Notes under the pieces: model-generated
Database searches by the model: none
What the model saw: the letters and a program-made list of their open reading frames with translations, nothing else
What the model was told of the DNA's origin: nothing
Translations under genes and position numbers: made by a program
Virus record (IMG/VR): IMGVR_UViG_3300037440_000452
Location: 1-41,241 of that record
From: a virus
Taxonomy: Duplodnaviria; Caudoviricetes
Length of the DNA: 41,241 nt
Reading direction: 5' to 3' (one strand)
Shown here: one piece after another, positions 24,257 to 32,810 of the stretch
How the letters are laid out: each line of letters begins with the position of its first letter
Position numbering within the stretch: the stretch's first letter is position 1

Positions 24257-25193
24257 AAATATAAAGCCCGGATTGTTTATGAATGAACTTCTGGGTGAAG
24301 CTGATCCCATATGCAGCCTTCTGTTTATAGGTCTTTGGTGCCTCGCTGACAGAGAGGGGCGATTAGAGGATAGACCGAAGAGAATTAAGGCTGAAATTTT
24401 CCCCTACCGAGATTTACCGGACTTTAACGGTTATTTAACGGTGCTGGAACAGCTAGGTTTTATCGACCGTTATGAAGCAGATGAGAATGCCATTATTCAG
24501 GTTCTGAACTTCGGGAAGCACCAATCACCACATAAGACAGAGAAGGCAGGATGTCTTCCAAAAAAACAAGAAAAAACAAATAGTTGTGATGTAACCGTTA
24601 AAGCATCGTTAGGTAACGGTGCTTTAACGGATGAAGCCGCCCTGATTCCTGATTCCGGATTCTCTGATTCTCTGATTCCTGATTCCGGAGATTCAGGGGT
24701 CGACCCCCCTGGCGCTGACGCGCCTCCCCCTGAAAAACAAAAACAATCCAGATTCATCGCGCCAACTGTCGACCAAGTCCGCGAGTACTGCCTGGAGCGC
24801 AAAAACTCAATCGATCCTCAGAAATTCGTAGATCACTACCAAGCCAACGGCTGGATGCGCGGGAAAAGCAAAGTCAAAGACTGGAAAGCCTGCGTCAGGA
24901 CGTGGGAGCAAAATCAATCAAATCATGGGAGCAAATCCAATGACCAGCCAAACCCATTCAGCGACGACACAGACTGGCTCGACGACGCAACTTATCAACG
25001 AGCTGTTCAGGCAGCTGAGCGGCATCAAGCCGGGCTGGAGGGCGGCATTCCCGGACAACCAGGCGGTAGCCGCAGCCAAGGGGCAGTGGCTGGCAGCGCT
25101 GGTGGAGGCGGGGATCGCGGACTGGTCAACGATCGAGGGGGGTTTGTCGGAATTGCGCCAGAGCGCCGGACCGTTCTTGCCGAGCACCGGTGA
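24243..25193 (+). CDS. Replication initiator (O-like)
   Basis: MARSRNIKPGLF...ADREGRL; C-terminal F.DHYQANGW...KDWKA..RTW. Confidence 0.85.
   Translation: MARSRNIKPGLFMNELLGEADPICSLLFIGLWCLADREGRLEDRPKRIKAEIFPYRDLPDFNGYLTVLEQLGFIDRYEADENAIIQVLNFGKHQSPHKTEKAGCLPKKQEKTNSCDVTVKASLGNGALTDEAALIPDSGFSDSLIPDSGDSGVDPPGADAPPPEKQKQSRFIAPTVDQVREYCLERKNSIDPQKFVDHYQANGWMRGKSKVKDWKACVRTWEQNQSNHGSKSNDQPNPFSDDTDWLDDATYQRAVQAAERHQAGLEGGIPGQPGGSRSQGAVAGSAGGGGDRGLVNDRGGFVGIAPERRTVLAEHR
24424..24694. other. Probable replication origin repeats inside the initiator gene
   Basis: TAACGG/CCGTTA copies at 24424-24443 and 24591-24629; A-rich tract; CTGATTC tandem at 24641-24694. Confidence 0.5.
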
Positions 25194-25578
25194 CTTTCTG
25201 GCGATGTGCAAGGCGTACAAATGCAAGCGAATCGGAATGCCGAGCGAGCTGGAAGCTTTCGAGCAACTGCAACGACTCATGGCTCCGCGGCATGTGCAGC
25301 GTGATTTCTCGAAGTTGCACCCAACGGTTTACGCAGCATTCAAAAAGCTGGATTGGCCCGTTCTTTCCACGGAGCCGTCGAAGCTGCAACGCAAAGCATT
25401 TTCCGAAGCGTGGGCAGCGGTACAGCGCGACGTGGCCGCAGGCAGATCTCTGCCCAGTTGGACACCGCCTGAGCGACAGATTGCGCCCGCGCCCACGATG
25501 CATCAGCGGCGAGTGAATCCTGAAGCGGTATTGGACAGCCTGAAATCCATGTTTACCGAAGAAGAGCGCACGGCTTAA
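24940..25578 (+). CDS. Lambda P-like helicase loader
   Basis: INELFRQL..I.P.W...AK.QW..AL.E.GI...PFLPS.G.F. Confidence 0.8.
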   Translation: MTSQTHSATTQTGSTTQLINELFRQLSGIKPGWRAAFPDNQAVAAAKGQWLAALVEAGIADWSTIEGGLSELRQSAGPFLPSTGDFLAMCKAYKCKRIGMPSELEAFEQLQRLMAPRHVQRDFSKLHPTVYAAFKKLDWPVLSTEPSKLQRKAFSEAWAAVQRDVAAGRSLPSWTPPERQIAPAPTMHQRRVNPEAVLDSLKSMFTEEERTA

Positions 25579-25606
25579 CGAACACTCTCACAGGAGTGCA
25601 ATCAGT

Positions 25607-25631
25607 GCCCCGCTGGTACAGGGGGCTTTTT
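25607..25631 (+). terminator. Intrinsic terminator
   Basis: GCCCC...GGGGC followed by a T run. Confidence 0.5.
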
Positions 25632-25642
25632 GAGGACGGAGC

Positions 25643-25921
25643 ATGTCTATCTACCACACAACCACATCAGTCACCTTAAAAGCCCGCGATTTGATCGCGG
25701 AGAAAACCGAAGCGTTTATCGCCCGCGGCGGAAGCATCAATCAAATCCCGAAAGGGCAGAGCGCCTACAGCCTGAAACTGCGACCGGTAGAAAACCGGGG
25801 CAGTGGCACTCGCATCGCATGGGAAGACGACCGCATGAGTATGCAGAGCGTTGAATCCCGGGCGGCGAGCATTCGCAAGATGGAAGAAAAGAAGGTGCGT
25901 GAGAAGGAGCGCAAGCGGTGA
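25643..25921 (+). CDS. Small protein with SutA RNAP-binding-like motif
   Basis: IAEKTEAFIARGGSINQIP. Confidence 0.55.
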   Translation: MSIYHTTTSVTLKARDLIAEKTEAFIARGGSINQIPKGQSAYSLKLRPVENRGSGTRIAWEDDRMSMQSVESRAASIRKMEEKKVREKERKR

Positions 25922-26886
25922 TCAAGCGCAATTACAACATCGTCAGCGTATCCGGCGGCAAGGACAGCGCTGCACTTCTACTGCTGGCCATCGAGTGCGA
26001 TACGAAGAATCTTCGCCCGGTATTTGCGGACACAGGGCATGAGCATCCCGTCGTGTACGAGTACCTTGACTATTTAGAACGGCGCCTTGGCGTGACCATT
26101 GAACGGCTGGTGCCGGACTTCTCTGCGCAGATCGCCCGAAAGCGGGAGGTGGTGCAGACCAAGTGGCGTGCCGAGGGCATCAGCGAACAGCGCATCGAGC
26201 GTGCGCTGTCGGTGCTTCATCCCACCGGTATTCCGTTTCTCGACCTGTGCCTGTGGAAGGGGCGCTTCCCTTCGACAAAAGCCAGATTCTGCACAGAATT
26301 TCTAAAGCGCAATCCCATCGAGCGCTATATCCAGCCGATGTTAGACAATCCAGATACCGGCGACGTGTACAGCTGGCAGGGGGTGCGCGCGCAGGAATCA
26401 CAGCAGCGCGCAAAGCTGTGCGAACTGGAAGAATCCGAAAAGCACGCGGGACTTTGGCACTACCGCCCAATTTTGAAATGGACTGCGGCCGAGGTTTTCG
26501 ATTTCCACCGCAAGCACGGCGTTAAGTGGAATCCACTTTATGAACAGGGTATGGGACGCGTGGGTTGTATGCCTTGCGTTAACTGCCGCAAGGGTGAGCT
26601 ACAGGAAATTGCGCGGAGATTTCCTGAGCAAATCTCGCGGGTGCGCGAGTGGGAGCAGCTGGTAAGCAACGCCAGCAAACGCGGCAGCGCGACCCTGTTT
26701 CCCGCAGTCATCGACCCAATGGCCAGTGCTGACGACGACATAAGCCCGGAAACTCACGGCATAGACCGTGCTGTGGAGTGGAGCAAAACCGCACGAGGCG
26801 GCAGGCAGTTCGACTTAATTGCCAGCACAGCACCGAGCGTAGGCTGTGCCAGCGCCTACGGCTTGTGCGATACGGGAGTCGTATGA
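25918..26886 (+). CDS. PAPS-reductase-family (PP-loop) protein
   Basis: SVSGGKDS, ADTGHE, GVRAQES, RPILKW, RVGCMPC. Confidence 0.9.
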   Translation: MIKRNYNIVSVSGGKDSAALLLLAIECDTKNLRPVFADTGHEHPVVYEYLDYLERRLGVTIERLVPDFSAQIARKREVVQTKWRAEGISEQRIERALSVLHPTGIPFLDLCLWKGRFPSTKARFCTEFLKRNPIERYIQPMLDNPDTGDVYSWQGVRAQESQQRAKLCELEESEKHAGLWHYRPILKWTAAEVFDFHRKHGVKWNPLYEQGMGRVGCMPCVNCRKGELQEIARRFPEQISRVREWEQLVSNASKRGSATLFPAVIDPMASADDDISPETHGIDRAVEWSKTARGGRQFDLIASTAPSVGCASAYGLCDTGVV

Positions 26887-27359
26887 TGACAGAGCAGCAA
26901 ATAATAATCGGAGACGAGTCCTGCATGGGAGCGCGTATATCCGCGATTGTTGACTTGGTGTCCCGTGGCATCAAGGCCGGCCCAGTGGTTGTGACGTTGG
27001 GCCGGCCAAAACGCAGAGGCGACCAGAATCGGCACTTCCATGCGCTCATTGGTGATATTGCCAAGCAGGTTAAATTCCCTGGATACAAGAGTTACAGCAC
27101 GGACGTGTGGAAGGCGATGCTTGTTGACCAGTTCGAGCAAGAGTGCGCGTCCATGGGCGAACCGTTGAGCAAGCCTGGGCGAGTTGTCCCTAGCCTAGAT
27201 GGGCGCCGGGTGGTGACTGTTCGCCCGAGCACAACGGATCTCAAGCAAATGGAGGCCGCAGCCTTCATCGAATTTTTGTATGCGCAGGGTGTTGAAATGG
27301 GCGTGGAGTTTTCTCCGCCGACGATTGAAATATACGAACAGTACAAAGAGGCGCAATAA
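26883..27359 (+). CDS. ninB: NinB-family recombination protein
   Basis: KR...QN..FHALIGDIA.Q...WK...ST..L...E...FIE. Confidence 0.8.
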   Translation: MMTEQQIIIGDESCMGARISAIVDLVSRGIKAGPVVVTLGRPKRRGDQNRHFHALIGDIAKQVKFPGYKSYSTDVWKAMLVDQFEQECASMGEPLSKPGRVVPSLDGRRVVTVRPSTTDLKQMEAAAFIEFLYAQGVEMGVEFSPPTIEIYEQYKEAQ

Positions 27360-27363
27360 ATTA

Positions 27364-27531
27364 ATGTCAAAGCCACTCAGTGAAGACGAAATCAGCCTAG
27401 CAGACGACATATCACAACCGTCTCCGTTTCTGGAATATTTGTTCGATGCTGGGTATCGGGAGCTTGTTGATCGCCAAATTATTCCCGGCTGCACGGCAAG
27501 CGCTGGGGAGGATGCGAATTATGGGCATTAA
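27364..27531 (+). CDS. Hypothetical protein (55 aa)
   Basis: Fills the nin-region gap. Confidence 0.5.
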   Translation: MSKPLSEDEISLADDISQPSPFLEYLFDAGYRELVDRQIIPGCTASAGEDANYGH

Positions 27532-27949
27532 GATAACTCCAGCGGATAAGGCATTTTCTCTTTGCATTAGGGAGCGATCAAACTGGACTTGCGATAGATG
27601 CGACACGTTCTATCCAGAAGGGAAAAGGATGGCCCTTCACTGTAGTCATTACCACGGCAGGGGAAAGTATTCTACTCGGTTCGACCCAAACAATTGTTGG
27701 GCTCATTGCTTTGGATGTCATAGGTACCTGTCTGCACACCCTGCGGAGTTTACAGCCTGGGCCCTGGAGAAGTTGGGCGATGGGTTGTTTGAAATCGTAT
27801 GCGAGCGAGCGCAGGACATGAAGCTCGGCCGGCTGGCGAAGCGCGAGGCCAAGGAAATTGCAAAGTATTACCGGGACCAGCACAAAAACATGCGCACGCA
27901 GCGGGAGATTGGTATTGAGGGGCGCATTGAGATAGTGGGTTACTTCTGA
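27521..27949 (+). CDS. NinG/Rap-like HNH nuclease
   Basis: DKAFSLCIR...CDRC...HCSHY.GR....TRFD..N...HC..CH. Confidence 0.75.
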   Translation: MGIKITPADKAFSLCIRERSNWTCDRCDTFYPEGKRMALHCSHYHGRGKYSTRFDPNNCWAHCFGCHRYLSAHPAEFTAWALEKLGDGLFEIVCERAQDMKLGRLAKREAKEIAKYYRDQHKNMRTQREIGIEGRIEIVGYF

Positions 27950-28191
27950 TGCGTGACCTTTGGTGGCTTGTTCTGGTGGCTGCTGGGCTGAGCGGACCAC
28001 CTTCAATAGCGTGGTTTCTGTCTTCTGAGCGCGTAGTGGTTAATCCATGGATGTACGAATTCGCAGATAAGCAGTGCGAAAAAGGTTGGCGGAAGATCAC
28101 GGTCACTGAAAAAGCGATAGGGGTGCATTGCCATGGTGGGGGATTGCACGTGCTTGACTGGTCGATGCGGAGGGTAGCGAATGCAGATTGA
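27949..28191 (+). CDS. Small protein with hydrophobic N-terminus
   Basis: TGATG coupling. Confidence 0.55.
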   Translation: MRDLWWLVLVAAGLSGPPSIAWFLSSERVVVNPWMYEFADKQCEKGWRKITVTEKAIGVHCHGGGLHVLDWSMRRVANAD

Positions 28192-28227
28192 TTATGGTCG
28201 GGCCGAAATAATGACCGGGGGCACTCC

Positions 28228-28881
28228 ATGAGATTCGCAACGGCTCGCCAGGCCTGGCACGACGCATACGACTACCAGTCAGCAGAGTCAGACTATGCCG
28301 CGATGGCATCCGGAAAGACCGACAGGAGTCGGACCAAGCGGCAGATTTACGACACCATCATCGACGATGATGGCAGGATTATTGCTAGCGCGCCGGTGCC
28401 TACTACCTGCGCGGTAGAGACTAGAGTAGGGAGGGGCAGTTCTGCCCGCATCATGGACGCCTGTGAAAAGGGGATGGTCCAGAGCGCAGTTGGGAAGATC
28501 CGCCGCAGTGATCCTCTGGCGTACTGCTGGGGCATGGCTGCCTATGCTCCGCCGGCATCCCGAGTGACCGAAAGGGCGGCGCTGCTGCAACACTTAATGG
28601 GTGAGTTCGACAGCTGGGGCGAGTCGCACGACCGGACGAAGGTGGGGCAGCTCGCATTTTTCTGTATCCAAGCCTGCGCACTGCGGGACGTTAATGGCCG
28701 GCATGTGGATCTACGCCAGGCGCGGACCATTCTCGGCGTGGATAAGGTGGAGTGGGATCGGGATTGGAAAAAGATTTGGCAGCGATTGCAGCGGCGTCTT
28801 GACCCCCTGCCAGGGCGGGCTTTGGGCCCCATTTCTGAGCTGGTTGAGGATTATCAAGAGCGATGCCGCGCGGCTAGTTGA
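28228..28881 (+). CDS. Putative late antiterminator (Q-like)
   Basis: ARQAWHDA N-terminus; last nin-region gene, directly before a promoter plus terminator. Confidence 0.65.
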   Translation: MRFATARQAWHDAYDYQSAESDYAAMASGKTDRSRTKRQIYDTIIDDDGRIIASAPVPTTCAVETRVGRGSSARIMDACEKGMVQSAVGKIRRSDPLAYCWGMAAYAPPASRVTERAALLQHLMGEFDSWGESHDRTKVGQLAFFCIQACALRDVNGRHVDLRQARTILGVDKVEWDRDWKKIWQRLQRRLDPLPGRALGPISELVEDYQERCRAAS

Positions 28882-28968
28882 CAAGTTTGTGCCACGGCGG
28901 TACATTTTTACCACGCTGCGGTTTTTACGCCGTAGAGCAAAGACAACCCGCCCTCCGGCGGGTTTTTG
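28878..28968 (+). promoter_or_regulatory. Late promoter pR' and terminator tR'
   Basis: TTGACA-N17-TACATT (28878-28906); AACCCGCC-CTCC-GGCGGGTT plus T run (28945-28968). Confidence 0.8.
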
Positions 28969-28970
28969 CG

Positions 28971-29312
28971 TTAAAAGTCCAGAGATTCGATCAAAGCGAC
29001 TCGCTCGGCGATGCTCATACCGCGCACCCGCTCCGCCAGATCGCGAAGCTCTGACTCGTCACCCGCGTCGCTGTCCTGGATCTCGTCATCCAGGTGGCGG
29101 ATCAGCAGCGGCTCGACGACCGAGCCCATCAGCGTGCTGGCGAGCAGAAAGCGCTCGCGCTCGCTGAGCTCCGGCGTGCTCCTGCAGATCAGCGCATAGC
29201 GCTCACAGATCTCGCCCAGCCGCGCGCTAAAGCTCTGGCCTTCTTTGAGCGACGCCTGCACTTTTTCCAGCGGCGGGTTTAGGTAGATGCTGGGGCGTTT
29301 TTGTTTGGTCAC
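28971..29312 (-). CDS. Moron gene 3, putative ribbon-helix-helix regulator
   Basis: KRPSIYL...SFSARLGEICERY. Confidence 0.65.
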   Translation of the reverse strand: MTKQKRPSIYLNPPLEKVQASLKEGQSFSARLGEICERYALICRSTPELSERERFLLASTLMGSVVEPLLIRHLDDEIQDSDAGDESELRDLAERVRGMSIAERVALIESLDF

Positions 29313-29653
29313 TTTGTCTCTCCTATCGAGTCTGCTAGGGCTTTGGGCAGAGTGGTATACATATCGCTGATGCGGCGCGCGATTTTCCAGGCTTCGTAGA
29401 CAAAGAAGCTAGTGTAATCCGCAGGGTCCAGCCCCTGGCGGCTTTGGTATGGTAGGTAGCTGCAAAAAACCGTGCCGGCACGCAGGGTAAAAGGCCGCGC
29501 CTCTATGCCGATACGCCACCAGCGCCCGGCCCACACCTGTATCTCGCCGTTTGGCTGCGTGCTCAGCCACTTGTCAAGAGCCCTGAAGTTGCCGATCTCT
29601 CTACCGTGGATCGCGGCCAGCGTCTCTTTTCCAGTCCATATCCGAATTTTCAT
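29309..29653 (-). CDS. Moron gene 2, hypothetical
   Basis: GAGG RBS; GTGA coupling to the next gene. Confidence 0.65.
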   Translation of the reverse strand: MKIRIWTGKETLAAIHGREIGNFRALDKWLSTQPNGEIQVWAGRWWRIGIEARPFTLRAGTVFCSYLPYQSRQGLDPADYTSFFVYEAWKIARRISDMYTTLPKALADSIGETK

Positions 29654-29701
29654 AGTGACCTCAAAGAATAGAAAATGACCCCGACAAGGTGGGGTCTTCC
29701 G

Positions 29702-29923
29702 TTATTTGGTGATGGTGAGCCGAAAGTCGAAATGATCGGCTCCGCCTGTGGGGTAAACAGTGGCTTTATATCCTTCTGCTTCCCACTCGGCGGCCTCGGC
29801 GTTCAGGGCGGTCGGGTTGTGACTGAATTTCACCCCGATCCAGTAAAAGCCCGCTTCATCCTTGTACTTATGGAAGATAACGGTGCTTTCGCCGGCCTTG
29901 CGAGTTTCTTTTGCGTAGATCAT
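29702..29923 (-). CDS. Moron gene 1, hypothetical
   Basis: AGGA RBS; downstream of a promoter with a palindrome. Confidence 0.65.
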   Translation of the reverse strand: MIYAKETRKAGESTVIFHKYKDEAGFYWIGVKFSHNPTALNAEAAEWEAEGYKATVYPTGGADHFDFRLTITK

Positions 29924-30000
29924 GGAGCTTTCCTATTAGTTCTGCGCCCGGTATGGGCCAGTTCTTCAGTTGATGTGGACTTTCCTCAGCCCACAAATGT

Positions 30001-30029
30001 ATAGTGCCACCTTAGGTGGCACTTTGCAA
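30001..30029 (-). promoter_or_regulatory. Moron promoter with 21-bp palindromic operator
   Basis: AGTGCCACCT-T-AGGTGGCACT (30003-30023) inside TTGCAA-N17-CACTAT. Confidence 0.7.
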
Positions 30030-30090
30030 GCGTTAATTGCATAAATTTAGATAATATCGCGCCAATTTAACAAATCCACCCCAACCTTGT

Positions 30091-30114
30091 GCCCGCCTAG
30101 CCGCGGGCTTTTTT
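30091..30114 (+). terminator. Intrinsic terminator
   Basis: GCCCGC-N6-GCGGGC followed by a T run. Confidence 0.6.
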
Positions 30115-30325
30115 ATTTGAGGCTGCCATGCAAACCGAGGCGACAGTCAAAGAGCGGTGAGACCGGTGGATCCAGTCGCCGTACAGCAGCCGCGAAAAAC
30201 TGGTAGTTCACCCGGACGACTGGCAAGAATGCGGCTGCCCACTGAGCTACCGCGGTTTGCCGGTGAAACCCCTCGGTATCCACATCATTAACCAGTAACT
30301 AACCATTTTTATCCGGAGAAAGACC

Positions 30326-30385
30326 ATGCCCAGTGGAAACACCAAGCCCCCGAAGCCAAAGAAAACCAAGCCCCAGAGCAAATGA
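30326..30385 (+). CDS. 19-aa Lys/Pro-rich peptide (MPSGNTKPPKPKKTKPQSK)
   Basis: GGAG RBS; ATGA coupling to the next gene. Confidence 0.5.
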   Translation: MPSGNTKPPKPKKTKPQSK

Positions 30386-30798
30386 TGCGCTGGTTCCTTC
30401 TCTGCTCCGCCTGCCTGGCGGTTTATTGGGTACCGGTATGGATGGGGCCTGCCAGCGGCCAGTGGTTTTTCGTGTCCAACTCTGGCTGGTCGTTGATCCT
30501 CTGCGCGGCAGTCCTGGCTATATCCAGATCCCGCACGGCCCTGGCTGTCGCTGTGCTTGAGTGTGCGGCGATAGCCATCAATCTGGCATGCATGTGGCAA
30601 TACATGACGGTTAGGGGATGGCTCTACGGGGCATACAGCGAGGTAATCGAGGCGATAGTCATCGCTGAAATTGCGGTACTGGCAATGGGGGCGCCCTGCA
30701 ATGGAATACGTCGAGTGGTTCGCCAACATTGGGGCTCTCGTAATCATTGGGGTGCAGCTTATCTGCGCCGCGGCCTGGATCGTGAGGCGACTCAATAA
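30382..30798 (+). CDS. Multi-TM membrane protein in the lysis region
   Basis: About 4 hydrophobic segments. Confidence 0.65.
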   Translation: MMRWFLLCSACLAVYWVPVWMGPASGQWFFVSNSGWSLILCAAVLAISRSRTALAVAVLECAAIAINLACMWQYMTVRGWLYGAYSEVIEAIVIAEIAVLAMGAPCNGIRRVVRQHWGSRNHWGAAYLRRGLDREATQ

Positions 30799-31004
30799 TG
30801 GCCGTCCCCATAGATCGCGCCGTAGGTGTTGGTGCCGCCGGCGCTAGTGCTGCCCCTGCGCCCGTATACGGGGAGTATCTGACCACGCATGGCCTTGGCC
30901 TGCTGAGCTATGCGGAGTGGATACAGGTAATCGGTGCGGTGTATGTCGCAACGTTGCTGACGCGGATGTTCTGCGGCTGGATAGCGCGGAGGCTCAAGCG
31001 ATGA
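30798..31004 (+). CDS. Putative holin/antiholin
   Basis: 68 aa, TM segment, basic C-terminus. Confidence 0.55.
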   Translation: MAVPIDRAVGVGAAGASAAPAPVYGEYLTTHGLGLLSYAEWIQVIGAVYVATLLTRMFCGWIARRLKR

Positions 31005-31396
31005 GTGTCTGGTCCAAGATATTCGGCGGAGGCATGGCAGAGCCCGTAGAGGCAGTCGGCAACGCGATCGACAAAATATTCACCAGCGATGAAGAGCGCC
31101 TGCAGGCCGCGGCGGTCATGGAAAAACTGCGTCAGCAGCCGCACATCTTGCAGGCAGAGATTGCCAAATGCGAGGCTCAGCACCGTTCTGTATTCGTCGC
31201 CGGTCCCCGTCCGTTCATCATGTGGGTCTGCGGATTCGGCTTGGCATTCACATTTCTGGTCAACCCAATTTTGCAGTGGTGTACCGGTCAGTCGGGGCCG
31301 GAGATGCAGACGGACGTGATGATGGAACTGGTCGTGGCGCTTATCGGCCTGGGTGCGCTGCGCACCGCTGAGAAGATGGCGGGGAAGGCAAAATAA
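31001..31396 (+). CDS. 3TM-type holin family protein
   Basis: IDKIFTSDEER...EAQHRSVFVAG.RPFIMWVC...LGALRT.EK. Confidence 0.8.
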   Translation: MSVWSKIFGGGMAEPVEAVGNAIDKIFTSDEERLQAAAVMEKLRQQPHILQAEIAKCEAQHRSVFVAGPRPFIMWVCGFGLAFTFLVNPILQWCTGQSGPEMQTDVMMELVVALIGLGALRTAEKMAGKAK

Positions 31397-31698
31397 TGGC
31401 CAGCAAAACCGCAAGCCTGTCCCTGCACAAAAACACGATTGAAAAGCGCCGGAAGCATCATCTTGCGAGATCTCTCACCAACTTCTGCCGGAACATGACC
31501 AAGTGTCACGATGTGAGGGCGTTTGCGGTTGTTGGCATAGGTGCAGATGGAAAGGCGTATTGCCATTGGGACACAGGCGCGATCATGCCGATGTGGGGGT
31601 TCCCGGAAACGGTAGCCGCAGCGATTCGGCGGGATATGGAAGAGGCTGAGATAGATGAAGATTGGCGGCCGGCGCTGCCTCCAGGGGGCAGCAGGTGA
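31396..31698 (+). CDS. Hypothetical protein
   Basis: Coupled on both sides. Confidence 0.6.
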   Translation: MASKTASLSLHKNTIEKRRKHHLARSLTNFCRNMTKCHDVRAFAVVGIGADGKAYCHWDTGAIMPMWGFPETVAAAIRRDMEEAEIDEDWRPALPPGGSR

Positions 31699-32087
31699 GC
31701 TATCAATTCGGAGCAGCATCAGCCGAGAGGCTGTACACCTGCCACCACGACTTGCAAAGACTGATGCAGGAAGTGATAAAGCTGGTGGATTTCTCAGTGA
31801 TCTGCGGCCACCGGGGGGAAGCAGAGCAGACCGCGGCGATCAATGCCGGCGCATCGAAGGTGCAATTCCCCCACTCAAAACACAACAGTCTGCCGGCCAT
31901 GGCAGTTGACATAGCCCCATATCCCATAGATTGGCAAAACGTCCAGAGATTCGCCCACCTGCAAGGCGTGGTGCGCGGCGTTGCCCACATGATGGGTATC
32001 GAGATCCGGTTGGGCGGTGATTGGGATATGGACGGCGATATAACAGATCAGAAATTCATCGACTGGCCCCATGTGGAGCTGGCGTAA
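31695..32087 (+). CDS. Endolysin, M15 family peptidase
   Basis: CGHRG...Q...SKH...AVD...GGDW...DWPHVEL; GTG start. Confidence 0.9.
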   Translation: MSYQFGAASAERLYTCHHDLQRLMQEVIKLVDFSVICGHRGEAEQTAAINAGASKVQFPHSKHNSLPAMAVDIAPYPIDWQNVQRFAHLQGVVRGVAHMMGIEIRLGGDWDMDGDITDQKFIDWPHVELA

Positions 32088-32131
32088 CGCAATACATCCG
32101 CAGTATCCATAAACCAACCGAGGACAGAGTA

Positions 32132-32185
32132 ATGCCATGTAACTACGGTAAAGGAAAAAAGAAAAAAGGCGGTCGCGGCAAGTGA
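32132..32185 (+). CDS. 17-aa basic peptide (MPCNYGKGKKKKGGRGK)
   Basis: GAGG RBS; GTGA coupling to the next ORF. Confidence 0.5.
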   Translation: MPCNYGKGKKKKGGRGK

Positions 32186-32331
32186 TCGTTCTGCAGGGTA
32201 ACAAGTGGGTTGTTATGGATACCAGTACAAAGGCGGTCGTATCCGAGCACCCGTTTACGTCGGACTACGAAAAGGCTAAAGCCAAAGATGCGGCCCTGAA
32301 GTCCAATCAAGAGTGGAAGAGTCGGCAGTAA
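32182..32331 (+). CDS. Hypothetical protein (49 aa)
   Basis: GTG start; TAATG coupling to terS. Confidence 0.55.
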   Translation: MIVLQGNKWVVMDTSTKAVVSEHPFTSDYEKAKAKDAALKSNQEWKSRQ

Positions 32332-32810
32332 TGGCTGGCGGCCGCCCATCAAAATACAGCAAAAAGGTAGCTGAGAGCATCTGCCTTTTGCTTTCTGAAG
32401 GAGAGAGCCTGCGCCGCATCTGCGAAATGGAGTCAATGCCAGGCAGAGCTACTGTTTTCCGGTGGCTGGCCGAGCATGAAGAGTTTAGGGACCAATACGC
32501 GCAGGCTAAAGAACAGGGCGCCCTGGTCTGGGCCGAAGAGATCCTGGACATAGCCGACGACGGCCAGAATGACTGGATGGAGCAGCTCGATAAAGATGGA
32601 AATGTCCAGGGTTACCGCCTCAACGGCGAGGCTGTACAGCGCTCCAAACTCCGTGTTGACTCTCGAAAATGGCTCTTATCGAAACTGCTGCCGAAGAAGT
32701 ACGGCGACAAAGTCCAGCAAGAGGTTAGTGGCCCCAATGGCGCCCCAATGGAGGCCAAGTGGACAGTCGAATTTGTAAATGCCACACCTCAAGATAAACC
32801 GAAAGCTTGA
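32331..32810 (+). CDS. terS: Terminase small subunit (Sf6 gp1-like)
   Basis: GRPSKYS...GESLRRIC...LRVDSRKWLLSKLLPKKYGD. Confidence 0.9.
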   Translation: MAGGRPSKYSKKVAESICLLLSEGESLRRICEMESMPGRATVFRWLAEHEEFRDQYAQAKEQGALVWAEEILDIADDGQNDWMEQLDKDGNVQGYRLNGEAVQRSKLRVDSRKWLLSKLLPKKYGDKVQQEVSGPNGAPMEAKWTVEFVNATPQDKPKA

